From: an uncultured Actinomycetes bacterium
Lineage (GTDB): Bacteria > Actinomycetota > Acidimicrobiia > IMCC26256 > DASPTH01
Direction of reading: 5' to 3'
DNA: 64,000 nt
NCBI GenBank assembly: GCA_963725775.1
Contig: CAVRZT010000006.1
Span: 14,734 to 78,733 of the forward strand
Shown here: piece after piece, positions 19,931-31,198 of the stretch
Layout: every line of letters starts with the position of its first letter
Numbering within the stretch: position 1 is the stretch's first letter
The notes under the pieces: generated by a model
What the model was told of the DNA's origin: nothing
What the model saw: only the letters and a program-made list of their open reading frames with translations
Database searches by the model: none
Translations under genes and position numbers: made by a program

Positions 19931-21584
19931 TCAGGCCGGCGGTTCGGCCGCGTCGTCGACCAGCGGGTCGCCGGTGGCGGGCCCGGAGTCGACGACGGGC
20001 TCGTAGGGCGTCGGCCGCGACCGCGCCGCGTCCTTCGACACGTACGCGCGGTAGTAGCCGCGCACCTCCGGCAGCGACTGCGCGCCGACGAGGACCACGC
20101 CCGCGATCGGGGCGCCCAGGCGGGTGAGCCGCTCGGTGGCGCGCCGCGCGGCCTCGGTGCCGGTCGAACCGGCACGCCCGACGATCACCACGTCGTCGAC
20201 GAGGGGGATCATCGCGCTCATGTCGTCGGTGGCGAGCACCGGTGGCGTGTCGACGACGACGATGTCGGCCATCCTGCGGGCCGCGCCGAGCAGGTCGGCG
20301 CCGTGCGTGAGCAGCTCGCCGGGGTTGCTGATGGGCCGCCCGCTCGGCACGATCCGCACGTTCGGGATGCCGGTGTCGCACACCACTGCGGCGAGGTCCT
20401 TGCCGTCGGCGAGCACCTCCACCACGCCGGGGGCGTCCTTCGGCGCGCCGAGGTAGGTGTCGATCGCCGGGCGCCGCAGGTCGCACGACAGGACGATGAC
20501 CCGCTTGCCCGACTCGCCGAAGGCGGCCGCCAGGTTGGCGACGCAGGTCGACTTGCCCTCGCCCACGCTCGGCGAGACGACCATCACGGCGTGGGCGTGG
20601 TCGTCGGCCGGCCGCGCCTCCGCACCGAGGCGGGCCTGGTCGGCCCGCACGTCACCGGCGGACTGCCGGCTGCGGGGCGCGAGCAGGAGCGTGGACCGGA
20701 GGCTCCGGTACGCCTCCGACGGCGGGGAGTCGGGGGCGTCGTGCACGATCACCGGGCCCTTGCGGAGCTGCGCGGCGGGACATGAACGGGATCTCGGCGA
20801 TCACCGGGAACCCGAACGCCTCCTCGGCCGCCTCGCGGCTGTGCAGGCGGGTGTCGAAGCGGGTCAGCAGCAGTGCCAGCCCGGTGCCGATCAGCAGCCC
20901 GACCGCGCCGGCGATGAGCGCGCGCATGGCACGGCTGGTGCCCGAACCCGATGCGACGGCGACGGCCGATTCCACGCTCTGCAGCCCCGAGGTCGCCGGC
21001 CCCGCGCCCTGCAGGCCGGAGAGCGACTGGCTCTCCGTGCTCAGCGAATCCTGGAGCGTCGCCCGCTGGGCGTCGCCGAGGGGGGTCGGGGGAGCCGCCG
21101 CGATCTGCGCCTGCACGTCCGCGACGCGCTGCTGCTGCTTCTTGACCGCGTCCTCCCACTCGGTCCGGGCCTTGCCGTCGATGCTGGCGATCAGCTGCTT
21201 GGCGTACGCGTCGGCGACCGCGGCGGTCTGGTTCGGGTTCGCGCCGGTCGCCTCGATGGTGAGCGTCCCGCCCACCGCGTCGGCCGTGGCGGTGACCGTC
21301 GGGAGGTCGGCGAGCGGGGTCTTCAGCTCGGCGGAGACCATCCGCGGCACCTCGCCCCGCGTGACGAGGATCGCCATCTGGTCGAGCGACGGGATACCGG
21401 TGGTCTGGCCACCGCCCGATGCGGCACCGACCGACAGCAGCGTCTGCGACGCGGTGTAGTCGGTCGAGCTCGCCGGGACGACGACGAGGGCGAGCACGAC
21501 GCCGACGACACCGCACGCAGCGATGACCCACCACCACTGTCGCAGCGCTCTCAGATACTGGATTGGTTCCACGCGCCGCTCCAC
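19931..21584 (-). CDS. polysaccharide co-polymerase / BY-type tyrosine autokinase (Wzc-like), one frame break near 20770
   Basis: Wzz-like N-terminal domain with 2 TM segments (ORF 20652..21584). Kinase Walker A SPSVGEGKST, A' VLSCDLRRP, B IVVVDTPP and a GYYRAY tail (ORF 19931..20752). Confidence 0.8.
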
Positions 21585-23501
21585 TCCGCTGCGGCGAGGT
21601 CGATGACGTCGTCGGCGGTTCCTGAGGTCGAGTTGGCGAGCGCGACCATGGAGCGCGCCACAGTGTCGTCCTGCCTCTCGGCAGCACCGACGAGGTCGGC
21701 GAGACTGCCGTCGAGAAGGTTACCCGGTACGAGAACCGGCTCGAGACGAACGATCGATTCGTGGGCCGTCGGCTCGCAGACCTCGTCCGGCGAGGAGAGC
21801 TCCTCCTCCAGCTTCTCACCCGGGCGCGTCCCCACGACCTCGATGGGGATCTCGGTGGACACGGCGTAGCCGGACAGCCGGATCATCCGCTCGGCGAGCT
21901 CGTAGATCCGCACCGGCTGGCCCATCTCGAGCATGAACACCTCTCCCCCTTCGGCGAACGTGGCCGCCTGGAGGACGAGCTGCACGGCTTCCTCGATGCT
22001 CATGAAGTACCGGGTCATGTCCGGATGGGTGACCGTGACCGGGCCACCGGCCGCGATCTGACGCTCGAAGGTCGGGATCACGCTGCCCCGGCTGCCGAGG
22101 ACGTTGCCGAACCGCACCGCGCACCGGCGCCCCGCCGGCCGCGAGCCGCGCAGCACGATCTGCTCGCCGAGCCACTTCGACGCGCCCATCACGCTCGACG
22201 GCCGGACGGCCTTGTCCGTGGAGATGAACACCATCAGCTCCGTACCCACGGCCTCGGCCGCGGCGACGAGGTGCGCCGTGCCGACGACGTTCGTCTCGAT
22301 CGCCTGGCACGGGTAGTCCTCGAGCACGGGCACGTGCTTGAGCGCGGCGGCGTGGAACAGCACCTCCGGCCGGTGCTGCTCGAAGACCCGCATGAGCGGC
22401 AGGAGAGAGCGGATGTCGCACAGCACGGAGTCGACCGGGCCGTCGACGCCGGCAGCGGCGTCGTGGAGGTGGGTCTCGTCGTTGTCGACGATCGCAAGCG
22501 ACGCGGGGTCGAACGACGAGATCTGCCGAGCGATCTCCGCGCCGATCGAACCGCCGCCGCCGGTGATCATCACCCGCTTGCCCGCGAGGAGGCGGCGCAC
22601 CTCCTCGTAGTCGGTCTTCACCTGCTGGCGGCCGAGGAGGTCCTCGATGTTGACGTTGCGGACGTCGCGCAGCGACACGCGCCCTCTGATCATCTCGCTC
22701 AGCGGCGGCATGACCTGCACGGGCACGTCGGCGGCCTCCGGCGGCCGCGGCGACCCGGCGCACGAGGTCGCTGCCGGCCGAGGGGATCGCGAGGAGGACC
22801 CGGTGGACGGCGAGCTGCGGGCACAGGTCGGCGAGGGCGTCGATCCCGCCCTCGACCGGCACTCCGAGCAGCGCGTGACCCTGCTTGCGCGGGTCGTCGT
22901 CGAAGACCGCGACCGGGATCATCCCCGCCGACGGCGTCCGCAGCATCTCGCGCACGATCGAGGCGCCGGCCTCGCCGGCACCGACGACCGCCACGCGCAT
23001 CCCCGCGGTGGTGGTGACATCGGCCTGCTTGCGCACCGCGAAGAGCCGCGACTGGAACCGGATCCCGCCCACGAGGAGCATCGTCAGCACCGCACCCATC
23101 ACGACCACCGAGAGCGGGACGCGACTGCGGTCGACCACGAGGTACACGGGCACGAGCACCGCCAGCGCCACCGCGTCGGCGAGCAGCACCTGACGCGCCT
23201 CGACCACGCTGGCGTGGCGCCACATCTGGCGGTAGAGCCCCCACGTCGAGTTGGAGACGAGGTGCACGACCAGCGCGATCGGTAGGAAGGCCGCGAACCG
23301 CGACCAGTACTGCGCCGGGACCTGGCCGTCGAAGCGCAGGAGGAGGACCGCGAGGTACGCGACGCCGACGAGCAGGGCGTCGAGCAGCACCAACGGCAGG
23401 TCGGTGCGCACCCTGCTCACGGTCGTGACGGTGCGCTGCAGACGCTTCCGGATCGCGCCGGACTCGCTTTCGGCCGCCCCGGATTCCCGCTGCCAGCCCA
23501 T
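21551..23501 (-). CDS. membrane-anchored UDP-GlcNAc 4,6-dehydratase (CapD/PglF/WbpM family), one frame break near 22735
   Basis: N-terminal 4-TM plus Rossmann part in ORF 21816..23501. Catalytic part with ITGGGGSIG and STDKAVRPSSVMGASK in ORF 21551..22726. GGGAGG sits 6 nt upstream of ATG 23501. Confidence 0.85.
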
Positions 23502-23716
23502 CGAACCTCCCGCCTGCGACCAACCCCCCCACTGCCCTGACTCGCCCCCGAGGGATACCGCGAGGTGACCCGCCGGGAACGCTACTTGTGCTCACGCTCT
23601 GTGGCAAGTCGGCCCCGGACCACCGTGACGAGAGGCACAGCCCCCCGAGAACGGGCGGTCGATCACCACTCTGGGTGGTCCCGCACCGCACGCCCGCTGC
23701 CGACGGACGGGGGCGA

Positions 23717-24562
23717 TCAGTACCCGGCCAGGACCCCGAGCTTGCGGCCGTACTCGAGCGAGCGGCCGTAGAGCCACAGGCCGAGCGGGTACACGACGAT
23801 GAGGAACGCCACGAGCATCAGCACGGACAGGGCCGGCGAGGGACCGCTGATCGATCCGCCGTCGGCCATGAGCAGCTTGCGGACCGCGGTGAGCACGTAC
23901 GTCATGGGGAGGCAGTAGGCGAGCCACCGCAGGAACTCGGGGAGCAGCGACACCGGGAAGGCGACACCCGAGAGCACGACCATGCCGAGCTGGTAGAGCG
24001 ACAGCACCGGGTCGGCGCGCTTCGACAGGACCTTCACGCTCGCCGCGAGTACGCCGACGGCGTGCGCGGACGCGACGCCGAGCGCGATGATGAGGATCGC
24101 GAACGGCAGCTGCGTGTAGACGATCTGCGCGCCGAGCGCCAAGCCGATGAGCGCGATCACGAGCGTGGTCGCGACGGTGCGGAAGATCGGCCACACGACC
24201 ATGCCGAACGACAGCCATCGCCAGCTCACCGGTTCGACGAGCAGGGTCTCGAAGGTGCCGTTGCCGAGCAGGAAGTCGAGCTGGTTGCTGAACGCCGAGA
24301 GCGCGCCGTTCATCATCGTCGAGACCACGAAGCCGAGGAAGACGAACGTGTAGTAGTCGCCGCCGACGTTCTGACCGGAGTCGACGAGCTGCGCGACGAA
24401 GTAGTAGATGACGGGCTGCGACAGCAGCGAGACCACGGTCATCACGAGCGCGAGCGGGTAGGCCAGCGCCTCCTGGTAGCCCATCCAGACGAACACCGCG
24501 AGCACGCGCAGCCCTCGCCTCACCGGCACGCGCGCGGACGCGATCGAGGTCGCGATCGACAT
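23717..24562 (-). CDS. ABC-2 type transporter permease
   Basis: Intact 281 aa with six hydrophobic spans. Lies immediately downstream of the ATPase gene. Confidence 0.85.
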   Translation of the reverse strand: MSIATSIASARVPVRRGLRVLAVFVWMGYQEALAYPLALVMTVVSLLSQPVIYYFVAQLVDSGQNVGGDYYTFVFLGFVVSTMMNGALSAFSNQLDFLLGNGTFETLLVEPVSWRWLSFGMVVWPIFRTVATTLVIALIGLALGAQIVYTQLPFAILIIALGVASAHAVGVLAASVKVLSKRADPVLSLYQLGMVVLSGVAFPVSLLPEFLRWLAYCLPMTYVLTAVRKLLMADGGSISGPSPALSVLMLVAFLIVVYPLGLWLYGRSLEYGRKLGVLAGY

Positions 24563-24564
24563 CG

Positions 24565-25643
24565 TCAGCGACGATCCGAGACGAGCTTCGCCAACAGGTC
24601 GCGCAACGGCATCTTCGCCTCCGTCACCGACACGATGTCACCGACGAGCGGCCCGAGGTGCACGAGGAGCGTGCCGGGGTCGTGCTCACTGGCGACGACC
24701 ACCCGCTTGTCCTCGACCGCCTCGACGTCGACGCCGTCGAGCTCGGTCAGCGCCCGCGCGCCCCCGCCGCAGCCGACTCGTCGCAGAACTGCACGACCAG
24801 TCGGGGCAGCTCCCACAGATTGCGGAGCGAGTCGAGGTGGCCCCAGTGCACCAGTTGGCCGCGATCGAGGAACATCACGTTGTCGCGCAGTGCGTCGATC
24901 TCTTCCAGGCGGTGCGAGCTCAGGAGCACCGCGATGCGCAACTCGTAGGTGAGTCGTTGGATCAGGCTGAGCAACTGGTGCGCGCCGATCGGGTCGACGG
25001 TACCGGTCGGCTCGTCGAGGATCAGCACGCGCGGGCGGTGGAGCAACGCGCGTGCGAGCAGCAGGCGCGCGCGCATCCCGGTGGACATGGCGTGACACGA
25101 GTAGTTGCGCGCGTGCGCAAGGCCGACCATCTCGAGCGTCTCGTCGATGCGCTTCTCGAGCTTCGGCGAGCCGAGCCCCTGGAGACGGCCGTGGAACCAC
25201 AGATTCTGATACGAGGTGTGGCGCAGGAACAGCGTCTGCGAGTCGGCGGGCATCCACCCGACCAGGCCGCGCACGCGTCGCGAGTCGGTGGTCGCGTCGA
25301 GACCCATCACGGTCGCGGTGCCCGACGACGGCGTCGTGAGTCCCATGAGGATGCGGAAGAGCGTCGACTTGCCCGCGCCGTTCGGACCGACGACCGCGCA
25401 CACCTCGCCCTCGCGCACCGACATCGACACGCCGGCGAGCGCCTGCACCGGGTGGTCGATCGCCGACTTCAGCAGGAACCGCATCCATCGGCCCGACGGC
25501 TCGTAGACCTTGGTCAGCGAGTCGACGATGATCACCGGTTCGACGGCGCCGGAACCCACGTTCGTGTCCACGTCACCGCCCGTGGCCTGACTCGGGGATT
25601 CGGTCCGACCGGTCAGGCCGATCGCGCTGGACATCCGCCTCAC
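24565..25643 (-). CDS. ABC transporter ATP-binding protein with C-terminal extension (one frame break near 24765)
   Basis: Walker A GPNGAGKST, signature MSTGMRARL, Walker B VLILDEPT (ORF 24747..25643). The tail continues in ORF 24565..25488. The break lies in a G5/C5 run. Confidence 0.85.
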
Positions 25644-25735
25644 GTTAGCGGCTCGGGTGGGTCCGCCTGAACGCGGAGCGTGAGAACCGGGCCACCGAGG
25701 CCCGTAGACTCCTTCCCATCGATGACGACGTCTCC

Positions 25736-26341
25736 GTGCTGTTCGTCTGCACCGGCAACCAGTGCCGCTCGGTCATGGCCGAGGCGATGCTGCGCGCCCG
25801 GCTGGGTGAGTCGCCGGTCACGGTGAGCTCGGCGGGACTCGCCAGCAGCGGCGTCGCGCCACCGCGCCCGGTGCTCGCGCAGATGCGCAAGCGGGGCCTG
25901 GACGTGAGCGCGCACCGCAGCCGGCTCGTCGACCGCGCCCTGGTCGAGGAGTCGTCGCTGGTGCTGGGGGCCAGCCGGACGCACGCGTGGGAGGCCGTGG
26001 CGATGATGCCCGAGGCCATCACGCACACGTTCACCTTCAAGGAGCTGATCCGCTTGGGGGACCGGTTCGGCTGGCGCACCGACGGCGAGACGTTCGAGAG
26101 CTGGTTGGGCCGCATGCACGAAGGGCGACGGTCCTGCCTGCCCGTCCACGTCGGCGACGACATCTTCGACCCGATCGGCCACCGCCGCCGCACCTACGAG
26201 CGGGTCGCGGACGAGATCGACGACCTCACCACGCGGCTGGTGCCGTCGCTCCTGGACGATCGCCGGGTCGAGGAACCGGCGCCGCTCGTCTGGCGGGCCC
26301 CGGCGCACTCGGACACCCGACCGGTCGACGAGGGCGACTGA
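25736..26341 (+). CDS. low-molecular-weight protein-tyrosine phosphatase
   Basis: GTG 25736. P-loop VCTGNQCRS and Asp loop DDIFDP. Carries an unusually long C-terminal tail. Confidence 0.85.
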   Translation: MLFVCTGNQCRSVMAEAMLRARLGESPVTVSSAGLASSGVAPPRPVLAQMRKRGLDVSAHRSRLVDRALVEESSLVLGASRTHAWEAVAMMPEAITHTFTFKELIRLGDRFGWRTDGETFESWLGRMHEGRRSCLPVHVGDDIFDPIGHRRRTYERVADEIDDLTTRLVPSLLDDRRVEEPAPLVWRAPAHSDTRPVDEGD

Positions 26342-26353
26342 CGCCGCGGCGGC

Positions 26354-27417
26354 TCAGAACAGCTCGACGTCGCCGAGGTGCAGCTGCCAGTCCGCCGGGT
26401 CGGCGCCCGGCGGGGACCCGTCGAGCACCCGCTGCACGAGGGTCGGGCCCTGGCCGGGGACCGGCACGCACCCGCCGACGCCCGGGATCCGCACCCGCAC
26501 CAGGTAGTCGGCGCCGCTCGCCGTGACGCGCGGCCCGGCAGAGCCTCGCCACCGTGCGGGCGTCGCCGCCCGGAACGAGCACGTCGACGACCGCCGCCTC
26601 GACGGCCGGACCGCGGCGCCGCACCCGGAAGACCACCGCGCCGTCGGCGAGGGCGGACCCGGAGCGCAGGACGCGGTAGTGCAGCGGCGCGAACCCGTAC
26701 CGCCAGCGCAGGAACTCGGGCGTGCGCCGGGTCGCGAGCCCCACCGGACGGGGGACGGCGTCGAGCAATCCCGACGTGGCGGCGAGGTCGGCGAACACCT
26801 CCGCGGCCGGATCCCCCGCCTCACAGGGCTGTGACCACTTGTCGGCCGCCACCCGCGCCCGTACCAGTCGCACCAGCGGACCGAGCCCGCGGGGTCGAGC
26901 CTCGATGGGGACCCTGCCGACCTCGCGCCAACCCATCTTGAGGTAGCCGGGTCGGCTGCGCTCGTTCGGGGTGTTGAACACGAACGACGTGCCCTCCTCC
27001 CGTAGCTCGTCGAGCGCGCCGAGCGTGAGCCGGGAGAACACCCCTCGGCCCTGGGCGTCGGGGTGGGTCGCGGTGTCGACCGCGCGCACGGCCCCGAACG
27101 TGCGCCCGTCGCCGTCGAACTCCCAGCGCATGAACGTGCGGAAGCCGACGATGCGCCCGCTGTCCGGTTCGACCGCCACCCAGGCCGGCGAGCGGCCGAA
27201 CGGGTTCTCGAAGTGCTTCCACGCGAAGAACGGTGCGTTGGGCTCCTCCGCCGCGCCATCCCATCGTCGCACCGAGCAACGCCAGCACCTCGACGGTGTC
27301 GTCGTCGGTCGCACGCCGCACGAGCAGGTCGGGCAGTGGATCGGGCACACGGACACCTGCGTCGTCGGGCTCGCCGGACGGGACCCGGCGGGTGAGCCCA
27401 CCGGGGACGGTTACCAT
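26354..27417 (-). CDS. GNAT-family N-acetyltransferase (~350 aa type), two frame breaks
   Basis: ATG 27417. The GNAT core VDTATHPDAQGRGVFSRL is in ORF 26226..27401, with ends in two other frames. Breaks at about 27245 and 26535. Confidence 0.7.
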
Positions 27418-27447
27418 GCGCCCTCGCGACCGACGGCCGAGCGCGTC

Positions 27448-28293
27448 ATGGTGGAGAGCATGGTATCGACGAGACAGGCGGCCCGCGCGCTCGCACTCCG
27501 CGGCCTCAAGGTCACCGCCGCGGCCGCCGATCGGGTCCGCCCTCCCGGGCGTGGTGTCGTCTTCCTGGCCTACCACTGCGTCGGCGCGGGGACCGGCCTC
27601 GAGATCGACCTGGAGCCTGCCGCCTTCGACGAGCAGATGGCCGCGCTGGCGGAGCTCGGGACGGTCGTGGAGATCGACGCGGGGCTCGCCGCGCTCGCAG
27701 GGCCCGCGCCCGACGGACCCGACCCGGTCGTCGTCACCTTCGACGACGGCACCTCCGACTTCGCCGAACACGCGGCGCCGATCCTCGAACGGCACCGGAT
27801 CCCCGCGACGCTCTACCTCGCCACCGACTTCGTCGAGCGCCAGGTGCCGTACGCCTACGGCGCGCGCCCCCTCACCTGGGCGGCACTCCGCGACGCCTGC
27901 GCGAGCGGTCTCGTGACCGTGGGCTCGCACACCCACACCCACGCGGTGATGGACGCCGTCGACGGGCCGACGGCCGACGACGAGCTCGGACGTTCCGTCG
28001 CCCTGATCGAGGAACACCTGGGCCGGCCCGCGGAGCACTTCGCCTACCCGAAAGGGGTCGCCGGGACCCCCGAGGCCGACGCGGTTGTACGCCGCCGGTT
28101 CCGGTCCGCGGCGTTGGCCGTGGTCGCCACCAACCCCTACGGCACCACCGATCCCTACCGCCTGGCCCGCTCGCCGATCCAGGTGAGTGACGGGCAACGC
28201 TGGTTCGAGCACAAAGTGGCCGGCGGCATGGCCTTCGAGGGCACGTTGCGCCACCTCCTGAACCGTCGCCGCTACGCCGGCCTCACCACCTGA
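27448..28293 (+). CDS. polysaccharide deacetylase (NodB/CE4-like)
   Basis: ATG 27448 inside ORF 26971..28293. Motifs VVVTFDDGTSD and GSHTHTH. Confidence 0.85.
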   Translation: MVESMVSTRQAARALALRGLKVTAAAADRVRPPGRGVVFLAYHCVGAGTGLEIDLEPAAFDEQMAALAELGTVVEIDAGLAALAGPAPDGPDPVVVTFDDGTSDFAEHAAPILERHRIPATLYLATDFVERQVPYAYGARPLTWAALRDACASGLVTVGSHTHTHAVMDAVDGPTADDELGRSVALIEEHLGRPAEHFAYPKGVAGTPEADAVVRRRFRSAALAVVATNPYGTTDPYRLARSPIQVSDGQRWFEHKVAGGMAFEGTLRHLLNRRRYAGLTT

Positions 28294-28332
28294 AGCCGGC
28301 GCGCCGTACGGCACACGACGGAACGTCGGCGT

Positions 28333-29505
28333 TCAGCCGCCGAAGAGCGTGAGGCCCTTGCGCCCGGCGACGTCGCGGTAGGTGTCGAGCACCGTCCGCA
28401 CCACGTCGCGCTCGTCGAACTCGGCCCGTGCCTTGGCCCGCCCCGCCGCGCCCATGCGCGCGCGCAGGTCGCCGTCGGCGGCGACGGCGCGCAACGCACG
28501 CGCCAACGCGACCGGATCGTCGACCGGCACGAGCATCCCGGTGACGCCGTCGTCGACGACCTGACGACACCCGCGGATGTCGGTCGCCACCACCGGGAGA
28601 CCCATCGCCGCCGCCTCCATCGCCACGCGGGGGAACCCCTCACGGTGGGAGGGGAGCACGAACACGTCGAACGCCGAGTAGAGGCGGTCGACGTCGTCAC
28701 GCATGCCGAGGAACCGCACGCCGTCGGCCGCCGCCGCCTCGATGAGCGCGGCGGGCAGGCGGTCCGACTTCTCGGGGTCGTCGGGCCCGACCACCGCGAG
28801 GACGACGCCGGGCCCGAGCGACCGCGCCGCCTCGAACAGCTCGGGGTAGCCCTTCTCCGCGACGAGGCGGCCCACGGTGCCCACGACGACGTCGTCGGGC
28901 GCGGCCCCGAGCTCCGCGCGGGCCGCGGCGCGCTCCGACGGCCCCACCCGGTCGGGGTCGAACCGGGCGAGGTCGACGCCGTTGCCGAGCAGCCGGGCGC
29001 GGCGGCGGCGGGTGATGCGCCACCGCCGCGTGAGCTCGAGGTCTTCGGGGTTCTGGAACAGCTCCGCGTCGGAGAACCGGGCCACGACCGCCTCGAGCGC
29101 GTAGACGAGCAGGCGCTTCGACCACGCGTCGTCGTCGGCCGCGTAGAGCCCGTGGACGGTGTTCACCACGACCGGCACGCGGGCGAGGCGCCCGACGACG
29201 CGGCCGTAGAGCCCGGGCTTCGGGTTGTGCGTGTGCAGCACGTCGACGTGCTCGCGCCGAAGCACCTTCCAGAGCTCCCACGCGGCGCGCAGGTCGGCCG
29301 AGACGTGCATGCCCCGCGTCGACGAGGCCAACGCGAGGTGCCGCACCCCGTCCGCCTCCAGCCCGGCGACGTAGGGACCCGGCGCGCTGATGCCGATGGC
29401 GACGCCGCCGAGCTCTTCCACCGCCCGGAGCTGGGGGAACAGCAGGAACCGCAGGCTGCTGTCGACGGTCGTGAGGTGCGCGACCGTCGTCGGGCTGCCG
29501 TTCAC
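28333..29505 (-). CDS. GT4-family glycosyltransferase
   Basis: GTG 29505 (GTGA overlap). Motif PSHREGFPRVAMEAAAMGLPVVATD. This is the intact C-terminal part of ORF 28333..30105. Confidence 0.85.
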   Translation of the reverse strand: MNGSPTTVAHLTTVDSSLRFLLFPQLRAVEELGGVAIGISAPGPYVAGLEADGVRHLALASSTRGMHVSADLRAAWELWKVLRREHVDVLHTHNPKPGLYGRVVGRLARVPVVVNTVHGLYAADDDAWSKRLLVYALEAVVARFSDAELFQNPEDLELTRRWRITRRRRARLLGNGVDLARFDPDRVGPSERAAARAELGAAPDDVVVGTVGRLVAEKGYPELFEAARSLGPGVVLAVVGPDDPEKSDRLPAALIEAAAADGVRFLGMRDDVDRLYSAFDVFVLPSHREGFPRVAMEAAAMGLPVVATDIRGCRQVVDDGVTGMLVPVDDPVALARALRAVAADGDLRARMGAAGRAKARAEFDERDVVRTVLDTYRDVAGRKGLTLFGG

Positions 29506-30215
29506 GGTCGGGGGACCCGCTCGGAGCCGAACCCGAGCAGCTCCGCCGCGTCGACGAGGTCGGGCACCTCCCGGTCCACGTCGCCCGTGCTGACCACGCC
29601 GGCGTGGAGCGACGCCGGCCGCCGGACCCGAACCGTCCGCCAGCCGAGGGCGCGCGGCGCCGAGAAGTCCTTCGCCGGGTTGTCCGCCAGGTACACGTTG
29701 TCGGCCCCGCGGGTGCCGAAGCGCGCCTCGATCAGCTCGAAGGCGCGCGGGTGCGGCTTGGCGAAGCCGGGACCGAACTCCTCGGTGAAGACCACGACCC
29801 CGGCCCAGTCGGCGACGCCGAGCGCCTCGACCTTCGCGCGCTGGCTCGCCAGCGGACCGTCGGTCACCGCGGCCAGCGCCACCCGCCCCCGGAGCCGGTC
29901 CACGAGCGTCACCGCGTCGGGGAGCATGGCGATCACCGGCCGGTGGTTCCGGTAGCACTCGACCATGGCCGCGACCGTCGCGGATGTGGGCTCCATCCCG
30001 ACCCGGCGCAGCGCGGCGTCGAACGCGTCGCCGCGTCCGCCCGCGAGGAAGTGCTCCCAGGCGGCGTCCCCGACGCCCGCGACACCGAGCTCGCCCGCGG
30101 CCCACGCGCCGACCGCGTCGAAGCCGCTGCGGACGTACTCCCGCTCGAGGTAGAGCGTGTCGTCCACGTCGAAGACGACGCAGCGCGGGGCGATCGGCAC
30201 CTCCACGCGGCTCAC
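29502..30215 (-). CDS. HAD-superfamily hydrolase
   Basis: GTG 30215 (GTGA overlap). HAD motif I VVFDVDDTLY and a later ADNPAKD. Confidence 0.8.
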   Translation of the reverse strand: MSRVEVPIAPRCVVFDVDDTLYLEREYVRSGFDAVGAWAAGELGVAGVGDAAWEHFLAGGRGDAFDAALRRVGMEPTSATVAAMVECYRNHRPVIAMLPDAVTLVDRLRGRVALAAVTDGPLASQRAKVEALGVADWAGVVVFTEEFGPGFAKPHPRAFELIEARFGTRGADNVYLADNPAKDFSAPRALGWRTVRVRRPASLHAGVVSTGDVDREVPDLVDAAELLGFGSERVPRP

Positions 30216-31198
30216 AGGCCCGCGTCGACGCGGTCGACGAACACCGCGTCGTCGTAGCGGAGCATGACGACGCCCGCCCGCCACGGCGCCGCCGGTTCGC
30301 TGAGAGGAGCTCCGGTCGTCTCCTCGACCAGCCATTGCGCGAACCGCGCGCCGGCGGCGGCGGCGAGCGGGTAGCCGCCGCCGAACCGGGCGTTGACCTC
30401 GATCACCGCGAGCGTGCCCGACTCCTCCTCGCGGAAGAGCTGGACGTTCAGCGCGCCGAAGGCGTCGGGCAGTCGGTGACCGATCTCGCGGGCCAGGTCC
30501 TCGACGTCGTCGAGGCGCACGGTCACCGCCTTGCTCACCTCACCGCCCCGCACCTCGAGCCGCCGGCGCGGGACCGCCTCGCGCACCCGGCCCGCCCGGT
30601 CGACGTAGACGTCGACCGTGTGCTCGTGCCCGCCCGCCAGCGTCTGGACCAGGTCGTCGCCGCCGCGCGCCGCGACGTCGAGCGCAGCCGCGTCGGCGAC
30701 CAGGGCTACCCCGATCGACGCGCTCCCGCGGCGTGGCTTGACGACCAGTGGGAACGGCCAGTCCCCGGCGGAGCGCGCGACCGCCGCGGCGTCGGCCTGA
30801 CGCACGGTCGGGAAGTCGTTCGCGACGAGCCACTCGTGCGTGTGGACCTTGTCGGACCCGATCGCCACCGCCGCCGGTCCGGACACCGCGACGGTGATGC
30901 CGCGCGCCGCGAACTCGTCGCGATGCGCGGCCAGCACCGGGAGCTCGGTGTCGATGGTCGGGACGACGAGGTGGATCTCCTGCTCCCGGCAGAGGTCGAG
31001 CAGCGCAGGGACGAACTCGTCGCTCGTGCACCGGGGCACGAGGACACCGGCGTCGGCGACCTGGAACGCCGCCGACGCCCGCGACACGTCGGTCGCGACG
31101 ATCCGGCCGTCATGTCCCGTGCGCGCGAGCGCGTCGCGAAAGCAGCCGAGCAGCGCGACCCGGCGCCCCGCCGACGAGAGGAGCACGTTGCAGGTCAC
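30212..31198 (-). CDS. ATP-grasp domain protein (carbamoyl-phosphate-synthase-L-like ligase)
   Basis: Intact 328 aa. Motifs FPLVVKPRRGSASIGV and VIEVNARFGGGYPL. GTGA overlap at both ends. Confidence 0.8.
   Translation of the reverse strand: MTCNVLLSSAGRRVALLGCFRDALARTGHDGRIVATDVSRASAAFQVADAGVLVPRCTSDEFVPALLDLCREQEIHLVVPTIDTELPVLAAHRDEFAARGITVAVSGPAAVAIGSDKVHTHEWLVANDFPTVRQADAAAVARSAGDWPFPLVVKPRRGSASIGVALVADAAALDVAARGGDDLVQTLAGGHEHTVDVYVDRAGRVREAVPRRRLEVRGGEVSKAVTVRLDDVEDLAREIGHRLPDAFGALNVQLFREEESGTLAVIEVNARFGGGYPLAAAAGARFAQWLVEETTGAPLSEPAAPWRAGVVMLRYDDAVFVDRVDAGL

Noticed and set aside
21551-22726. Treating the CapD catalytic part (ORF 21551..22726, starting MPVQVMPPL) as a separate soluble dehydratase gene.
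   Set aside because: The sequence ..AADVPVQVMPPLSEMI.. is the usual internal linker of PglF/WbpM-type proteins. The upstream membrane/Rossmann part ends exactly there in another frame. One gene with a single indel is the simpler reading.
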